From contig JAYWIR010000015.1 of assembly GCA_036172245.1 (NCBI GenBank), positions 3,348,001 through 3,412,000 on the forward strand: a DNA stretch of 64,000 nt, written 5' to 3'. The position numbers and the translations under genes are program-made. Within the stretch, counting starts at the first letter, position 1. Every line of letters starts with the position of its first letter. Below, piece by piece: positions 39,201 to 51,729 of the stretch. The notes beneath the pieces were generated by a model. The model saw nothing but the letters and a program-made list of their open reading frames with translations, ran no database searches and was not told the origin of the DNA. Origin of the DNA: Raillietiella orientalis. Taxonomy: Eukaryota.

Positions 39201-42200
39201 CAGGGTGCTGAAAAAGTTGAAGACTCTTCTGAAGCAAGTGGAGTACTTCAGGAAGGACGTGATATGTTCGAACACCCAACACCTTCTGCTGCATGCATCG
39301 GCTGGACCACAGGCATCAATGAGCATCACTCAGAAGAACAGCGCCTCTTCTCGAAGGTCATGGGAAAACATAAATACTCCAAAAATGGTGGAACATTCCT
39401 CCATCGCTTCTTTTCACCATCCCGCTAACCAGTGGTTATGAAAAGCCATTGTGAGAAAAATCGTCAAAAATCTCATCCACAATTCACTCCGTGAGCTCAT
39501 TACCAGAGGATGAGACCCAGTTTCCAAAAATGTATAACTGATTGAGAAAGGATGCTCTGTCTGACGAATGAATCCATTTCCATTCTCCGAGACCATTTGC
39601 CACGATTTTAAAGCCAAATTGCTCGCCAGATGAACCCAGCATTTTGAACAGAAATTCCGGAGAGATCCAGTGGAAACGGGAGATACTCAGATTTTATTCA
39701 TGGTGACCTAAGAAGGTCTTCCCGAAATCTCGAAGCAGAAGGTGAGATCTTGGCATCATCTGAAAGTATTCAAAGGTCGATTCTTCCGACACTGCTCGAC
39801 TTCTCAGGAAACATCCTTGGGCGGTGGTTAGCATTCTGTCTTTGCAAGGCTTGTTTCTTGCCGTCTCTCACTTGCTCCCCTTCTAAGAGATGACACTGGT
39901 CAGCGTTTGTTCTTGGCCTGTTCTTCCCGAAGACACGAAATCTCTGGTTCCACTTTCTCTTCGCGCTTTTCCGCAGCTGCTTCCACCAGGGCACTGTCTT
40001 TTTAGATGAAATTCCGAACGAAGGATCTACTGTTTTTTAAGTACACCAGCGATCTGTACGTAAGGAGAACGCTCCAAGGCCACATCTCCCGAGAAAAGAT
40101 GGCCGATGACTCTCCATCATCCATGGCTCTTCGCTTTCTGAGGGAACAAATCAAAGGAAATTGGAGAGGAAGAACGGCGCGAGAGAGATCCGAGGAGGCA
40201 GAGCACGAGAATGGCTGCACAGAATTACCGCATTATCGGAATTAAAGCGATAGGGAATCGATAAACACTCGCGATTTATCGGCACTCCCAATCACATGCG
40301 AAGAAACTTTGAAACAGCAGTTTGCTCCAGAAAGTTTCGAAAGTAAATTTCATTACTCAGGAGAGCGGGAAGATTAAGAGGGGAAAGTTTCTCCTAAATG
40401 CCTTTAAAAGAAGACATGGCACTGAATTGAAAATCAACAGGGCTGTTCCACGGAACGTGCGCTCCCTATCTGGAGCACATGATGAGGAACGCTCAGAAAT
40501 GGTCGTTTCCGTGAGTGAGCTTTGGATCTGCTTCTGAGGAATCTACGAGAAGGACAATCTAGCAGAAGGATCCGTGATAAACGTCAGGAAGGAAAGAGTG
40601 CCAAAAGACTGTTCTCACTTTCCTGCCATCTTCGCTCTGAGTAGGAGCAAACCTCATTTTCCTGCTCCTCACGGAGTCTTCTTGGCGGTGAAGTGAATCC
40701 CAGTCCAGGAAGGAAATTATCACGGTGCTCTGAAGCTTCCGTGTTCTCCCAGCCTATTCCAGGAACACCAACGCCAGATAGTTTCTCTTGCGCACTCTAT
40801 GCCATCTATAAGCAATCGGCATCCGACTGAAAGGCAGTCGCCTGACTTCCTTCTCCTGCGATCGCTCAAAGCAGCACGACGCAGAGATTCTCCGAGCGAT
40901 GTTGGAAGGTCATTCAATAATTCCATGACTTGTGCCCACCTCTCTCTTGTATGATCATTGGTTCAAGGACCATTTGTCTCTTTAGTGCACGGAAAGGTGT
41001 CGCAAAGATATGACTGACTAATCCATTTCTATTGGTCTGTTGGGATTTTTAGGTGTTCCAAATAATCACGTAGAGAAACTATGGATTCATCTCACAAGAT
41101 TAGAAGATATTGTACCTCAGCGAGATACCAAAGAAGAAATTCAGTTTTGTTCTCCAGCATGTACCGGAAGGCTTAGAGACGCTTGAGGATTTATTTAATC
41201 CTTGGAATTTCACTTCACGTCACCGAGCCCCTTGATTCTTCAGCAATGTTTGTTGTGATGCACTTTACGACTGGACCTAGCTGATACACTTTCGTTCATT
41301 GGCATGGCATTTGAGATGGTGTGATTCTCTGATAAGAAACAGCTGCCTGCCCTCTTAAGAACCTTGGTTTGCTGCTCTTCAGCTCATCAAGAAACTGATT
41401 TTGTTCTACGGGTTGACATGAACAAAGAAGCATTCGTAGGGACATAATGAATCTCGAGTGTCATGGAGAGCAGCAACACATTTTCGCTATCGCATTTGAA
41501 GAGGGACGCACTGAAAAAGTACTTTTTTTCTGAGAGCAGCTGTGAGGACCACCACCATGTCGAGGCCAAAGGTGGGAGCCTTTGTTTTCCGATTTCTGTG
41601 GTCCTGAGCGCCGTCTTCCATGCTTCTCTCCTTCTTAGGTAATCAATGCCTTTTTAGGCACCGGTTGTTTTAGGAATGATCGAGGAACCGTTAGCTGCAC
41701 AAAAAGCCACTGAGAGACTCTTCACGGAGTTGCTTTCCGCTGCGTAAGAGTTGATGCGAAGGGCAGCTTGGGAAACGTGGAAAAGGAAACCAGCTTCCGC
41801 TCTCTATTAGCAAGCCACTATTGGTGTAATTGCCCAATCTTTTGAGATCTCAGACTCTGTGTTTAACAACGCTTCCGTTAGCTTTCATCGCAGCATCTGA
41901 GAGCTTCCGTGTCCTCAAGCGATTCCGACAAAAGATCCGCAGGTTTTTCTCTCCCCAAAAAAGCCGCGATAAATTTGACCCCTGGAAAACCATTGATCTT
42001 TACTGCCATGCTTTTCTGATTCAAACTTTGGATGCATAAAAATCAACACGGACAACCCAACAGTTCATAGTGCGTAATCTCCGTCCAGCAAGCAATCAAG
42101 AGAGATATGCAGTGTCGGAACACAAAGCATTGAATGATCATTTCAATTTCTCGTACTTCTTCTCAAGTTTTCAGCCATCCATCTATCGTTAAAGCACTGT

Positions 42201-42453
42201 TCCTAATTCCAGAGACGTTGCTGAAGACATAGCTGGTAGCTAGTGCTGGGAGCCCATTGGCTCGTTAAACGGAGTCCATATTTTTCGTGCCATGGAAGAG
42301 AGCTAATTTAATCGAATCTGTTTCCCCTTGGAGAAATTTTGAACCAACTCTAACGCGCTGGTACTTTGGAGAATGTAGAACAATGGCTACCCCTAATGAA
42401 AGGCAGGGCATCAACCCAGTAAGTTCCTTCACTGTGCGGCATTGCCGTAGACT

Positions 42454-43600
42454 TTGCACGGCAGCATCTGCTTGACCACCATCTCACTGAAAACCAAGGA
42501 ATTCCGAGTTTTTCACGTTTTTCCAATGCCCTTGAAACGCGTGTCGTTTTCGACAAGTATTTTAACGAATGTGCTCTTGCAACAGCTCTGGTACGCAAAG
42601 AAACAGGATGACCAGGTGTTTCCTGCCCTTTTCCCGTCCACCACTGAATGTTCCAACTTTAAAATTCTAGGGAACCTCTTGCTGTAAGAACATGAATAAA
42701 AACGCAATAAGGAGTTCCTGCTCATTCCTTTTTTTCTTAGAAAAAAAAAAAAAAACTTTGGTCCATGACTCCTCTTTCACTAGATATTTCTTCATGACTC
42801 TTAGCCTATAAACAAAATTGACGTGCCCTGTTCCTTTCTTTGAAGGAGATTCTCTCCACATACAGCTGGTTCATTAGTCATCTTGTCCGCCTCATAGAAT
42901 CAAAAACTAAAAGTAAAGTAATGAAGCAATTCGTGGGAGAAGCACTCGCCTTATTCCTCCAGAAATTTGCTGCAAGAACAAATAAAAATCAGCTTTATAT
43001 GACAGCTCCGTTTTCCGCGTTATACATCATTGTAAATGCTTTTCGATGCTGGCTGATATTTCAGCTGCTCTCTGTACCCGCCATCCTCTTAAACTGGTTC
43101 CTGAATTCGTATGATTTGCCAATTAATCCTCAAAGATTAGTGTGGACGATCCTCCTTTAAGAATCTCGGATTAGAATTTTGCTCACTGTTCCATTCGCAT
43201 GGCGACAGCAATTACCATCTATCGTGGCTCGGTAGAATCATCATTTGGTCTCAATATTGTTTCCTACAATAACAGCATGCAAAGGAACAACCAAACAGGT
43301 CAAGAAATGAAGAATATAAACGGCTAACGGGAAATGTAAGGGCGAAGGAACTGTTTGTGCCAAAGTGATGTGCCTTCTCAGCATGAGACCCAAGCGCCTT
43401 CAGTGCCACTTTAGCTTCTCAAGGAACCCAAAACGAAACTTGGCAAAATTCAGAAGACCATGTCTTTAGGGGGTTGTGCCTCCACTATCAGCAACTCAAC
43501 AGCGCCACTGCAGCGAGACTTTCAGGTCGCTTGAAGACTGAAGTCAAGATCACTCAAAGATGCAGGTACTTAGCATCATTTCCACTCGAACCGATGACTC
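42454..43600 (+). pseudogene. Decayed PPR relic(s) with P and E motifs
   Basis: RVFHVFPMPLKRVSFSTSIL; GEALALF; LPINPQRLVWTILL (43116-43157) followed by HSHGD (~43192-43206); LSGRL...ASFPLEP. Confidence 0.6.
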
Positions 43601-43779
43601 AAAAGCATAATTTTTACCTTTCTTCCTTATCCTTTCCTGCGACAAACAAATACTGGAGGCGAATTCTTCTGTAGCACTGAATTGCTGCTGCAATATTTCT
43701 TTCCAAAATGGAAATATCTACAGAACTGTATTATAAATCACAAGAATAGCAAGAGAGATCAGGAAACAGGATGGAAGAT

Positions 43780-43900
43780 CCCCGGGTTCTTATCGACGAA
43801 GAGACAGGGACCTCTGATTTGATTATTCCAAGTCGCATCAAAAAGCTGATTCATTGCTGTTTGCCTTTTATCAAATCGCTTGGATTCCAATAAACTTGAA
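43780..43900 (-). pseudogene. Decayed PPR S fragment
   Basis: LLESKRFDK...DATWNNQIRG resembles A+..FDK...D..TWN..I.G. Confidence 0.4.
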
Positions 43901-45499
43901 AAATCAATAGGGATTTCGGTCTCTCCATTCTCGGAGAACCTAGGATTTCGCCAAGTGAACTCAAATGTAGGGACCATGAAGCAGGAGAAAACGTTCTCGA
44001 GTATGCAGCGTCCGCGAGATCAAAGACAAAGGAGCAATTAGGAGGAAATATTTTCTCCAATCTCTGCATCAGAAACAAGTGCTTCTAATGAATATTGGTC
44101 TCTTCGAGAAGGTGAGATTCTTCGGTGAAAGTCCGTTTCCACGAGAAATGACCATCTCCACGAACCTGAGTGCACTCTGGAAATGCCTTAGGAAGCGGAG
44201 TCGCCGACCGAAAGCCCAGACTGATCTCTTCCTCAACAAAAAATATGCTAATGTAACAATCTGGACCTTGTGATTAATCTGCTGTTTCATAAATCTGTTT
44301 CATTAACTTGTTTATGTGCAAAATGTACTTTATGCCTATGTAAATTTTTACACACAAAGTGCGTGCGTTCACAAATACCCCTTTCTAGGAAAAAGTTGAT
44401 CAGAAATGAAACTCGTCGCCAGTGTTTAAAATATTGAAGTTGTGTGCTTGTTGTTTCTCTAAGAAGATGATGTCCTTCTGCGAGACGAGATCTCGAAGAG
44501 TGCATCACCCGGTGGCTTTTCACATCTACGCTGCGTCTGGCCAGAACGGCGCTCCGTTTGACTTTGGAGCTGATTTTCCTCTCCAGAAATTCCATCCGTT
44601 TCCTTCTTAGCAGCTGCTTCTTTGAGAAACTCATCTCTCGTGCTGTCTCTTCCTTCATCTTAAGCACATTACCACTGGAAGGGTATCCTTAGAGTCCCCA
44701 TGTTTGCTGAGATATGAGAGACACCTGGGAAGGAGCTTTTTTGAGGCACGAAATCGAAGATGCTACAGCAACCTTACATATTTGCTTTTCTGTTGAGTAG
44801 CAAACTCATCTGCTTTAGAGACACTTACTGTTTACACGATGCTCAGATAGACAAAAGGTTTCTGCTAACAAGGTCAAATGCAAACGCTCCTCGAGATGTT
44901 TAATTTAGCAGAGAAAAACCTATACGCAGATGTGACCACATGCAGATATGACCACTGTGCATTCCTCCCGGATGATGATGAGTTTCTTCTTTAGCAGAAT
45001 CAGAAACATGAAGATTCGGGAGTAGCCATGATACGATTCAAGTCCGTTTGCAGAATTTCGCGGAGCACAGCCGTGGATGATTTTTCCTCTGATCGAGGTG
45101 ACATCACTTGACCCAGTTCATTGACTGGATTTCTGATATTTCTCCGTGTTGAGATCTGGATTGTTTTTGGCAGCTGAGGATATATCATCGAGAACTCGAA
45201 TCTTCTGGGGCCGATCTTGGAAACAGCGCGAATCGGCTCCTGCTAGAGATCAGACAGAATCAACCTGCAAAAAACAGGAGAATGTGTTAGTCAATTTTAC
45301 CCTAGGGTGGTAGTTGGCTCCTCTTTCCAGATACAGCCACCGTTTTGTATCGGATCGGGGTCCGGATTGGTCTTCGGTACTGGTAGTGACCACTTCACGT
45401 TGGTCTGGATACATTTTCTCATCTGACGAAGCCCCATCTTGCTTGATTTGTCGCTAAAGTAGGAATGCGTTGTCCATTTGTTTGATTTTCTTGCAGGAT

Positions 45500-46428
45500 T
45501 TCATCGTTCCTGATGAAGTACTCAGTAAGCATCTCAAATGCTGAAGCCCGAAGTAACAAAAGGCATGCCAGGTGATGCATGGAGGAATTCAAGGGATGAA
45601 GATTGAACTCAGGTGGACCGCATTCGAACTGAGGAATTCTCCTGCTTTTCTTTGTTTTTTTGGGGGGAAAGGCTTCCATCAGCCTGCATTTCGCCATCCA
45701 GAAGAGCTCATACACTGGTCTAATCGGTCTTATTTTGCAACTGAACTCACCTCGTGAACTGCAGTCTTCCATTTCCAGGGAAGGCATCAACAACTGGATG
45801 TTTCCCTTTTTTTTTTTTTTATTTTACACGAGAAGCTCGGCATCCTGGTGTATTCCCAGTGTCAAGGCGGAATTGCTGCCGAAGCGAATGTGAATCAGTG
45901 ATCAAAATCAAATGCTTAGTCATTCACTGTCTTCGTGAAGGACTTCTCCTAAGGACGTGATTCTTCGTCAGAGGATGTTTTTCGTTGGATTTAGCATCGA
46001 GACGCTACGGTGAACCATCTCTGTGAGAAGTTTGCTACTTGCAGAAAGCAACCCGAACACCTCCTGCGTTTTCTGAGGACAAAAGCAAACCGATAGTTCG
46101 CGAGTTCGTTTCCTTTCGATAGCATCTGCTGAAAGAGTAAGGTTATTCCTCTCGATCCTGCGTGGCGGCTACGGAGAACGCAAATTCGAGGGTGGCAGTC
46201 TGCAAGCCAACTTGTTGTGGGATTGTCTCCACTCTTTTCTTGCTTCCCGACCGTGGATGTTTGTTTGGACCAAAGCAAGAGACGTTTGGATTTCAACACC
46301 CGTGTCCTCAAAACTTCACCTCGGCAAAACATGCCGCTGCAACTTGCACCGAGGGCGTTCGACCTTTTCCAGGAAATTCCTGCTCTCTCTCTCACTAGGG
46401 CACATAAAATGGAGCGACACGAAGACAC
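45500..46428 (-). pseudogene. Decayed PLS PPR relic (P through S2)
   Basis: RERAGISW; LLFQQMLSKGNELANYRFAFVLRK (46140-46069); WMAKCRLMEA; FNLHPLNSSMHHLACLLLLRASAFEMLTEYFI (45607-45512, like +.P...H+.C+.DLL.RAG.+..A.E+I). Confidence 0.6.
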
Positions 46429-46749
46429 CGCTCATTTCCTTCGAGTCCACTTCGAGAACGTGACTGCCTTTAATGTTGGAAGCACAGTTGTCTGGAGCTT
46501 GAGAGTCACTCGAGACAAACACATCGTCATACGTTTTCATTCTCTTGGATATTCTCGCAGACCAATAAATGTCGTTCCCAAGTTCTTCAGCTTGATACGT
46601 TTCGAGTCCCCATTCCTAGAAGCGGTCTGTAAATACATGTGCCTGAGCCCACGGTTATCTGTTTCTTGTCGTTGGGGCGAATCTTATTCGTATGGGGGGT
46701 TAAGATGCACGTTTGCTGGTGGTGCAGCCTTGAGGATTTGAACGTGCTG

Positions 46750-47484
46750 CGTTCCAGAAGCTTTCCCCTAAGCAGACTGAAGTCTGCTTAGGGGAAAGCT
46801 TGAGGAATTGAAGCAGTTGAGGAGCTTCCTGAATACCACTTTTTTTCCTTGTTTTTGGTAGAGCATGAAGATGAATGAGAAGGAAGGGTCCTCTTGCGCG
46901 GTAAGGCTTCCATGAGGTGCGCCAAAAGGTGTTCAGAGTTCGGCGCATGAGGCACTTCAGAATTTTCGGCGACTTGTACAAGACATTCCGTTTTGGATAC
47001 GAGACCTGCATACGTGAGATCAGTAACTCCCTGCAGTCCCGTCCTAATATGCACTCTTCCACATTTCGCAAGCTTTGCCTTTCGAAAGAAAGATGAGAAA
47101 TTTCATAAAATACTGTCGGGTGGAAAAATTAATTTCTCTTCCGGGAGATCCAAAGGTGACGTCCCGAACCTCATGAAGTGAGATAACGTTGCGACATCTA
47201 TGTCACAAACGTCTAATCTCGCACTCAAGCACTCAGGGAGACAGCGGCATTTTAATCGCAGTACACTAGGTATACGAGTAAACGGGATTCCATCCTCTAG
47301 ACGGAGACGAGGCCGTGTACATCTCAGGGGTTTCAGAACAAGTGGACATAGATGTCACAGTCAGTTCGACGATAATTCGTCCATCCCGCAGTTGCGAGGC
47401 ACAGAGTATGTGAGAAACAGAAAAGAAATTCGAGCATCCATGACCCGGGGAAGCATACTGACGCTGATGGGGGGAAAGAGCCAA
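46750..47484 (-). pseudogene. Decayed PLS PPR relic with ordered P, L, L2-S2 and E-like segments
   Basis: QYASPGHG..FF; LCASQLRDGRII; LTYAGLVSKTECLVQVAENSEVPHAPNSEHLLAHLMEALPRKRTL (47018-46884, like CSHAGLV......M...G..P..EH...+++.L.R.G.L); LLQFLKLSPK. Confidence 0.65.
46758..46801. repeat. Perfect inverted repeat, 21-bp arms with 2-nt spacer
   Basis: aagctttcccctaagcagact-ga-agtctgcttaggggaaagctt; the arms are exact reverse complements. Confidence 0.97.
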
Positions 47485-47889
47485 TGCTATACCGGAGGAA
47501 TTGCAGCAGCTCCCGCATTCGAATATCTGGCAAAGTGACCTCCTCTACCTTTCACGCCTGATGTACTTCCGAGATGCTGTTGGCATTTTCAATCAAGCTG
47601 AAAAGTGAGTCTGTTAAAAGGGTACGACAGTCAAACAAGCCAAACTCCGGATGCCCTTTAATTCAAAGTATGCGTACACGAAACATCATCTAATGATCTG
47701 GCTTGGCTCACGTTGCTGCTCCTCGAACTGAGGATCAGATCAAAGTGTGAATGTAGTCTTTGGACTCTCGGTCCACGCCGTCACGAAATAATCACTCCAG
47801 CAGAACCAATGCTGGCGCTCTGCCTGTTTCCCCTATTTTGAAATCTGTTTGATTCCTCAGCTGATGCGGATGCCACTCCACACGCACTT

Positions 47890-48000
47890 GTTTGCAACCG
47901 TTTGCACTTTGTGCTTTGCCGAAGTCTGAACGCTGAACTTTACACGCGCAGCTGGACTCCAGAAAGTCTTGAGCTTCTCGTACATGCGGAGGAAAACAAG
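47890..48000 (-). pseudogene. Decayed PPR S2/E fragment
   Basis: HVREAQDFLESSCACKVQRSDFGKAQSA resembles G.+.EA..F+.S...ACK+H.D+..A..A with an internal deletion. Confidence 0.55.
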
Positions 48001-51000
48001 TTTCTCCATGCGGACTCATCCTCGGATCATCCGGAAAGAGTTTGTGGCCTCAGCCAAGATAATCCACACGTGATCACCTTCGAAACGCCCTCAAAGATTC
48101 TTCCTCTAGTGAAGGCTCCACTTCAAAGAGATTTTTCAACAACTGTCCCCATATTCCTCAGGGGATGGACATTCCAAACAGCACCCTCCTGCTCTGCATT
48201 TTTCTTCTCTGGAGGATTTTTAAAACCATTCGGTGGAAAAATTCCGGTCCAACACTTGAGGCACGGTGACCTTCAAACACACGGATTTTTCTGACTGGAA
48301 ACGCAGGGTTGTCGCTCGACGGGTTTTTCTGCACTAGCTCGCCTGAATTTCACCCGGAAGCGCTCCTGCTTCGCTGACTTTCTGGAGCACTCCCAGGGAT
48401 TGCTGCTCTAGAAGAACTGAGAATTTGGTGCACCTGCTCTGACCTTGCTTTCATTCCATCAGTGGCGCCATCGAACCTCCGCCAGGCTGTTTAGCAACGC
48501 TATCAAAGCAGCGTTCCTGCGGTGATATCAAAATTGTCGGGAGCAGGAACAGAGATTCTGGCTACGTGACCAGCATCTAACCTAATTTTGATAAACGAAC
48601 ATCAAGGTCAAGCGAGCCCCCGAAAATAAGCTGAACTCCACAGAGGCGACTAATTGATCCAAAGACCTAGCAACAGTCTGCATCTGCAGTTCGTCTATTC
48701 CTTTTCTTTCCCATTCCAAAAGCACCTGCGAAGCATTGCAATGTGATCTTCGTTGGAACAGTGAAACTGCATGCAGTGATTTTTCTGAAATACTCGATGG
48801 AAACTCTCCCTCTTGAATGTCTGCTTCCCTATAAGCCCAGTCCCGGACTTTAGCTTTCAAATTTGTCCTTGGAATTCATCGAATTCGGCAGCGTGCTCAG
48901 CACTATGACGGTCCAAGACTTTGGTCACTTGACGAGAACACGGTGGTGTCTGACAAATAGAATGCCTGGTTCCTTTCTCGGTACAACGAAAAGCTGAAAG
49001 CTGCCTGTGTTTTCTTGAAATCACCCAACCCATTCCTCCCACTCTTTGATTTATAATTGCATAAGTGGTTCCAAACCTGTTTTGAATCCTGCGAAAATAA
49101 GTTCTGGAAAATTATCTTTAAGAGCTTTCCTTTTCCTGATCGTGCAACTTCATTTTAGCATGGAAAAAAAATGAAACGGAAGTATTCGGGCAACATGCAG
49201 AGAGCAGGCTGGACACCAAAGAAAAGTTAACGTACTATAAATGTACTCTTGGCAGGCAGCGCAGTGCTAAGTACAACTCAAAATAATAGGAACTTATATC
49301 GAGCTGCTTTTTGCTGTGTGCCAATCACACCCTCAGTGGTCTCACCACGCAAGAATTTGTTTTCGTCTTCAAGCAGCGTTTTTTTTTTTTGTTGTTGTTG
49401 TTTGTTTTCATCTCAAGAGCTCGATGTCTTGGAGTTCGGCTCAAAACGGTGAGCATGACTTTCGTATCCTGCGTTCACTTGTGGGCCACAGATCTTTCTG
49501 GATGCGCAGTGCATCAGTCGCAATGCTGCTGCAAAATGATCCGTGCCCGGCGCTTGAAGTCGTGTCAGATGCCAGCTTGTGAGAAGGATGGACCGATTCT
49601 TCCACCTAAAATGTATTAATGCCATGAAGACTGCAATTACAGACTTGGGATTCCGTTACCAATAACAACAAAGCAGCTGCCTGCACGGTGAGATGATCTT
49701 TATGCTTGCGAACTCCAATGCCAATGAACCATTTATTTGGAGTCTCTATAAGGGCATCCTTCATTCAAGTTCGACCCTTGAGTTTCTCCACCTTATTTGA
49801 TTCCCGGATCACAGAGATGGACTGAAGTTTCCTCCATCTTCTTTGTGGTGGAAATTGGCAATCCTTCATGAATAACCTGCTTCCCTTTGAAGAATGTTTC
49901 CCGCCAGTTTTGTTTCCTTGTCTTCGATCCTGCAATCGTCGCGTTCCGAATGCATCCAGAGTCACGTCGTCTGCATTTTCTTTTGATCATTTCCTCTCCT
50001 GAAAGCATGCCTAGGAATTTTCCTTCATCTTTGATGTATATGGCTGTTCCTAATCACTTTGCGAATGTCATCTCAATTCCTCCTCCGACGTCTGCATAGA
50101 TGTTTCTTGCCATTTAAAATGAATGATGTTCATCATCATCCCTGTCCCTTTGCAGATGAACTTAGACAAACAAAATGGAATGCATCTGAACCTCTCCGAA
50201 GATTTCGGAAAGGAACGTTTGAGATGCAATTTCTTTCCAGAAAGTCCTGCATCCTTTCTGTGGTCTGAAGCCTTGGGAACCAGCTGCGCACTTGGTCCCT
50301 CTGCAGCCCAATGCTGGCGAAAAATCCTTGCTTTACGCTCGAGCACCCCGAGGAGAACTTCAGTTCCTTGGACGTTCTGATTTCTTTTCCCCTCCATAAA
50401 GAATGTCAGTCATTAGCTGCTAGCATGCTCGTGCCAGCTGACCAATTTCCTGCCTGGATATTGTTCTGGCGTTCAGTCCTGCCTCAAGCGTGCGGCAGAA
50501 GTCCCTCTCTCCTGACATGCTCCCTTTCCAGCTTGCATCTATTCAAGTATGGTGTTGATTTCTAGATTCACGTCCATCCACCGAGCCAATTTCGCGAGTG
50601 CTTCCCTGTTGGGAGGAATGGGTTTGGAATTCCCATGCTTCGTTTGGTGCCCACGAAAGCTATTTCCGTTCTTTCTTCCATGTGCCAAATCAGAACGATT
50701 CCTTGGAACAGATCGGATTTGCTTCTTTCATTCGAATCATCGAAGTGAATCCAAGTGGTTGTCTGCGATCCCTGTATCCAGTATTTATGGGACGAGACGG
50801 ATCCAGATAGAGTTCCGAATGTGCATTCAGTTCGCCAGCTGAATGATATCCGACGCTATTCTTCACGTGCTCCAAGGCCGTCTCGAAGTAAATTTGAAAA
50901 ATTGCTCGAGTTGAGACCAATGGGGAGGAGTGTTCCCATTGGCCAGTCTCACCACTCGCACCACCGCTGCGCAGCCAAAAGTCGCTTCTAATTGTCGATT

Positions 51001-51729
51001 GCTTTGCCATAAATAAGTCCCGATCAGGAATCAGTGGGATTTCCATTATGCAGAGGGAGGGGGAACAAAGCGAACCCACGCCAGAAAGCAAGAGGTGCGA
51101 AGAGAAGAAGGCCCCGACAAAAAGTCACACGGGGGTGCGAGCACGCGTCCCGGGCAGGGGGAACGCCGCTGACCCGGGGGGATTACACATTGCGGGCGAG
51201 AGAGATGGCCCGAGTCAGCACAGCAGCAGCATCCCGAAACGTCGGAAGACGGAAGACGAAATTTCGAGTACCAGGCAAAGAAAGGAAAAAAAAAGCTGCG
51301 GACGTCCTCGCTGCGGGTACGCTCGCAGAAGAACGATGCCAGGCCGAAGACAATTAAGTTTCCCGCCTCTAGTCGTCACGAACGCATTCGCTTTTATTCG
51401 AATGGGAGCTGTAATTCTTCTCACAAGCTAGATTAATCCTCGCAGCACGAACACCTATTTTCCGCGAGATATTAAAAGTTGACATGATGGACGTAAACAC
51501 AAGAGGAACAAACGCACATCCGAGATACAGTTTCCTCACCTCGCGCCTCGGGCGGCTGTTTGGAAAGCATGCAACGAAAGAAAGAGGTGATGGATATGCA
51601 ATGATCAGTTCCTCTCTCTCCCACTCTTTCCTTTTTTTTCCAGCTTGTGGAGACCCATTACTGTGTGATTGGTGTTGTCCATGAGAAGATCTCGGTTAAC
51701 ATCTCTTTACTGCCTGCTGTAATTTTGGG

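Noticed and set aside
46217..46428. PPR-like words on the + strand (RAFDLFQEIP) opposite a minus-strand relic
   Set aside because: Both strands cannot be ancestral coding here and the minus-strand match is longer. It illustrates the false-positive risk of short by-eye motif matches.
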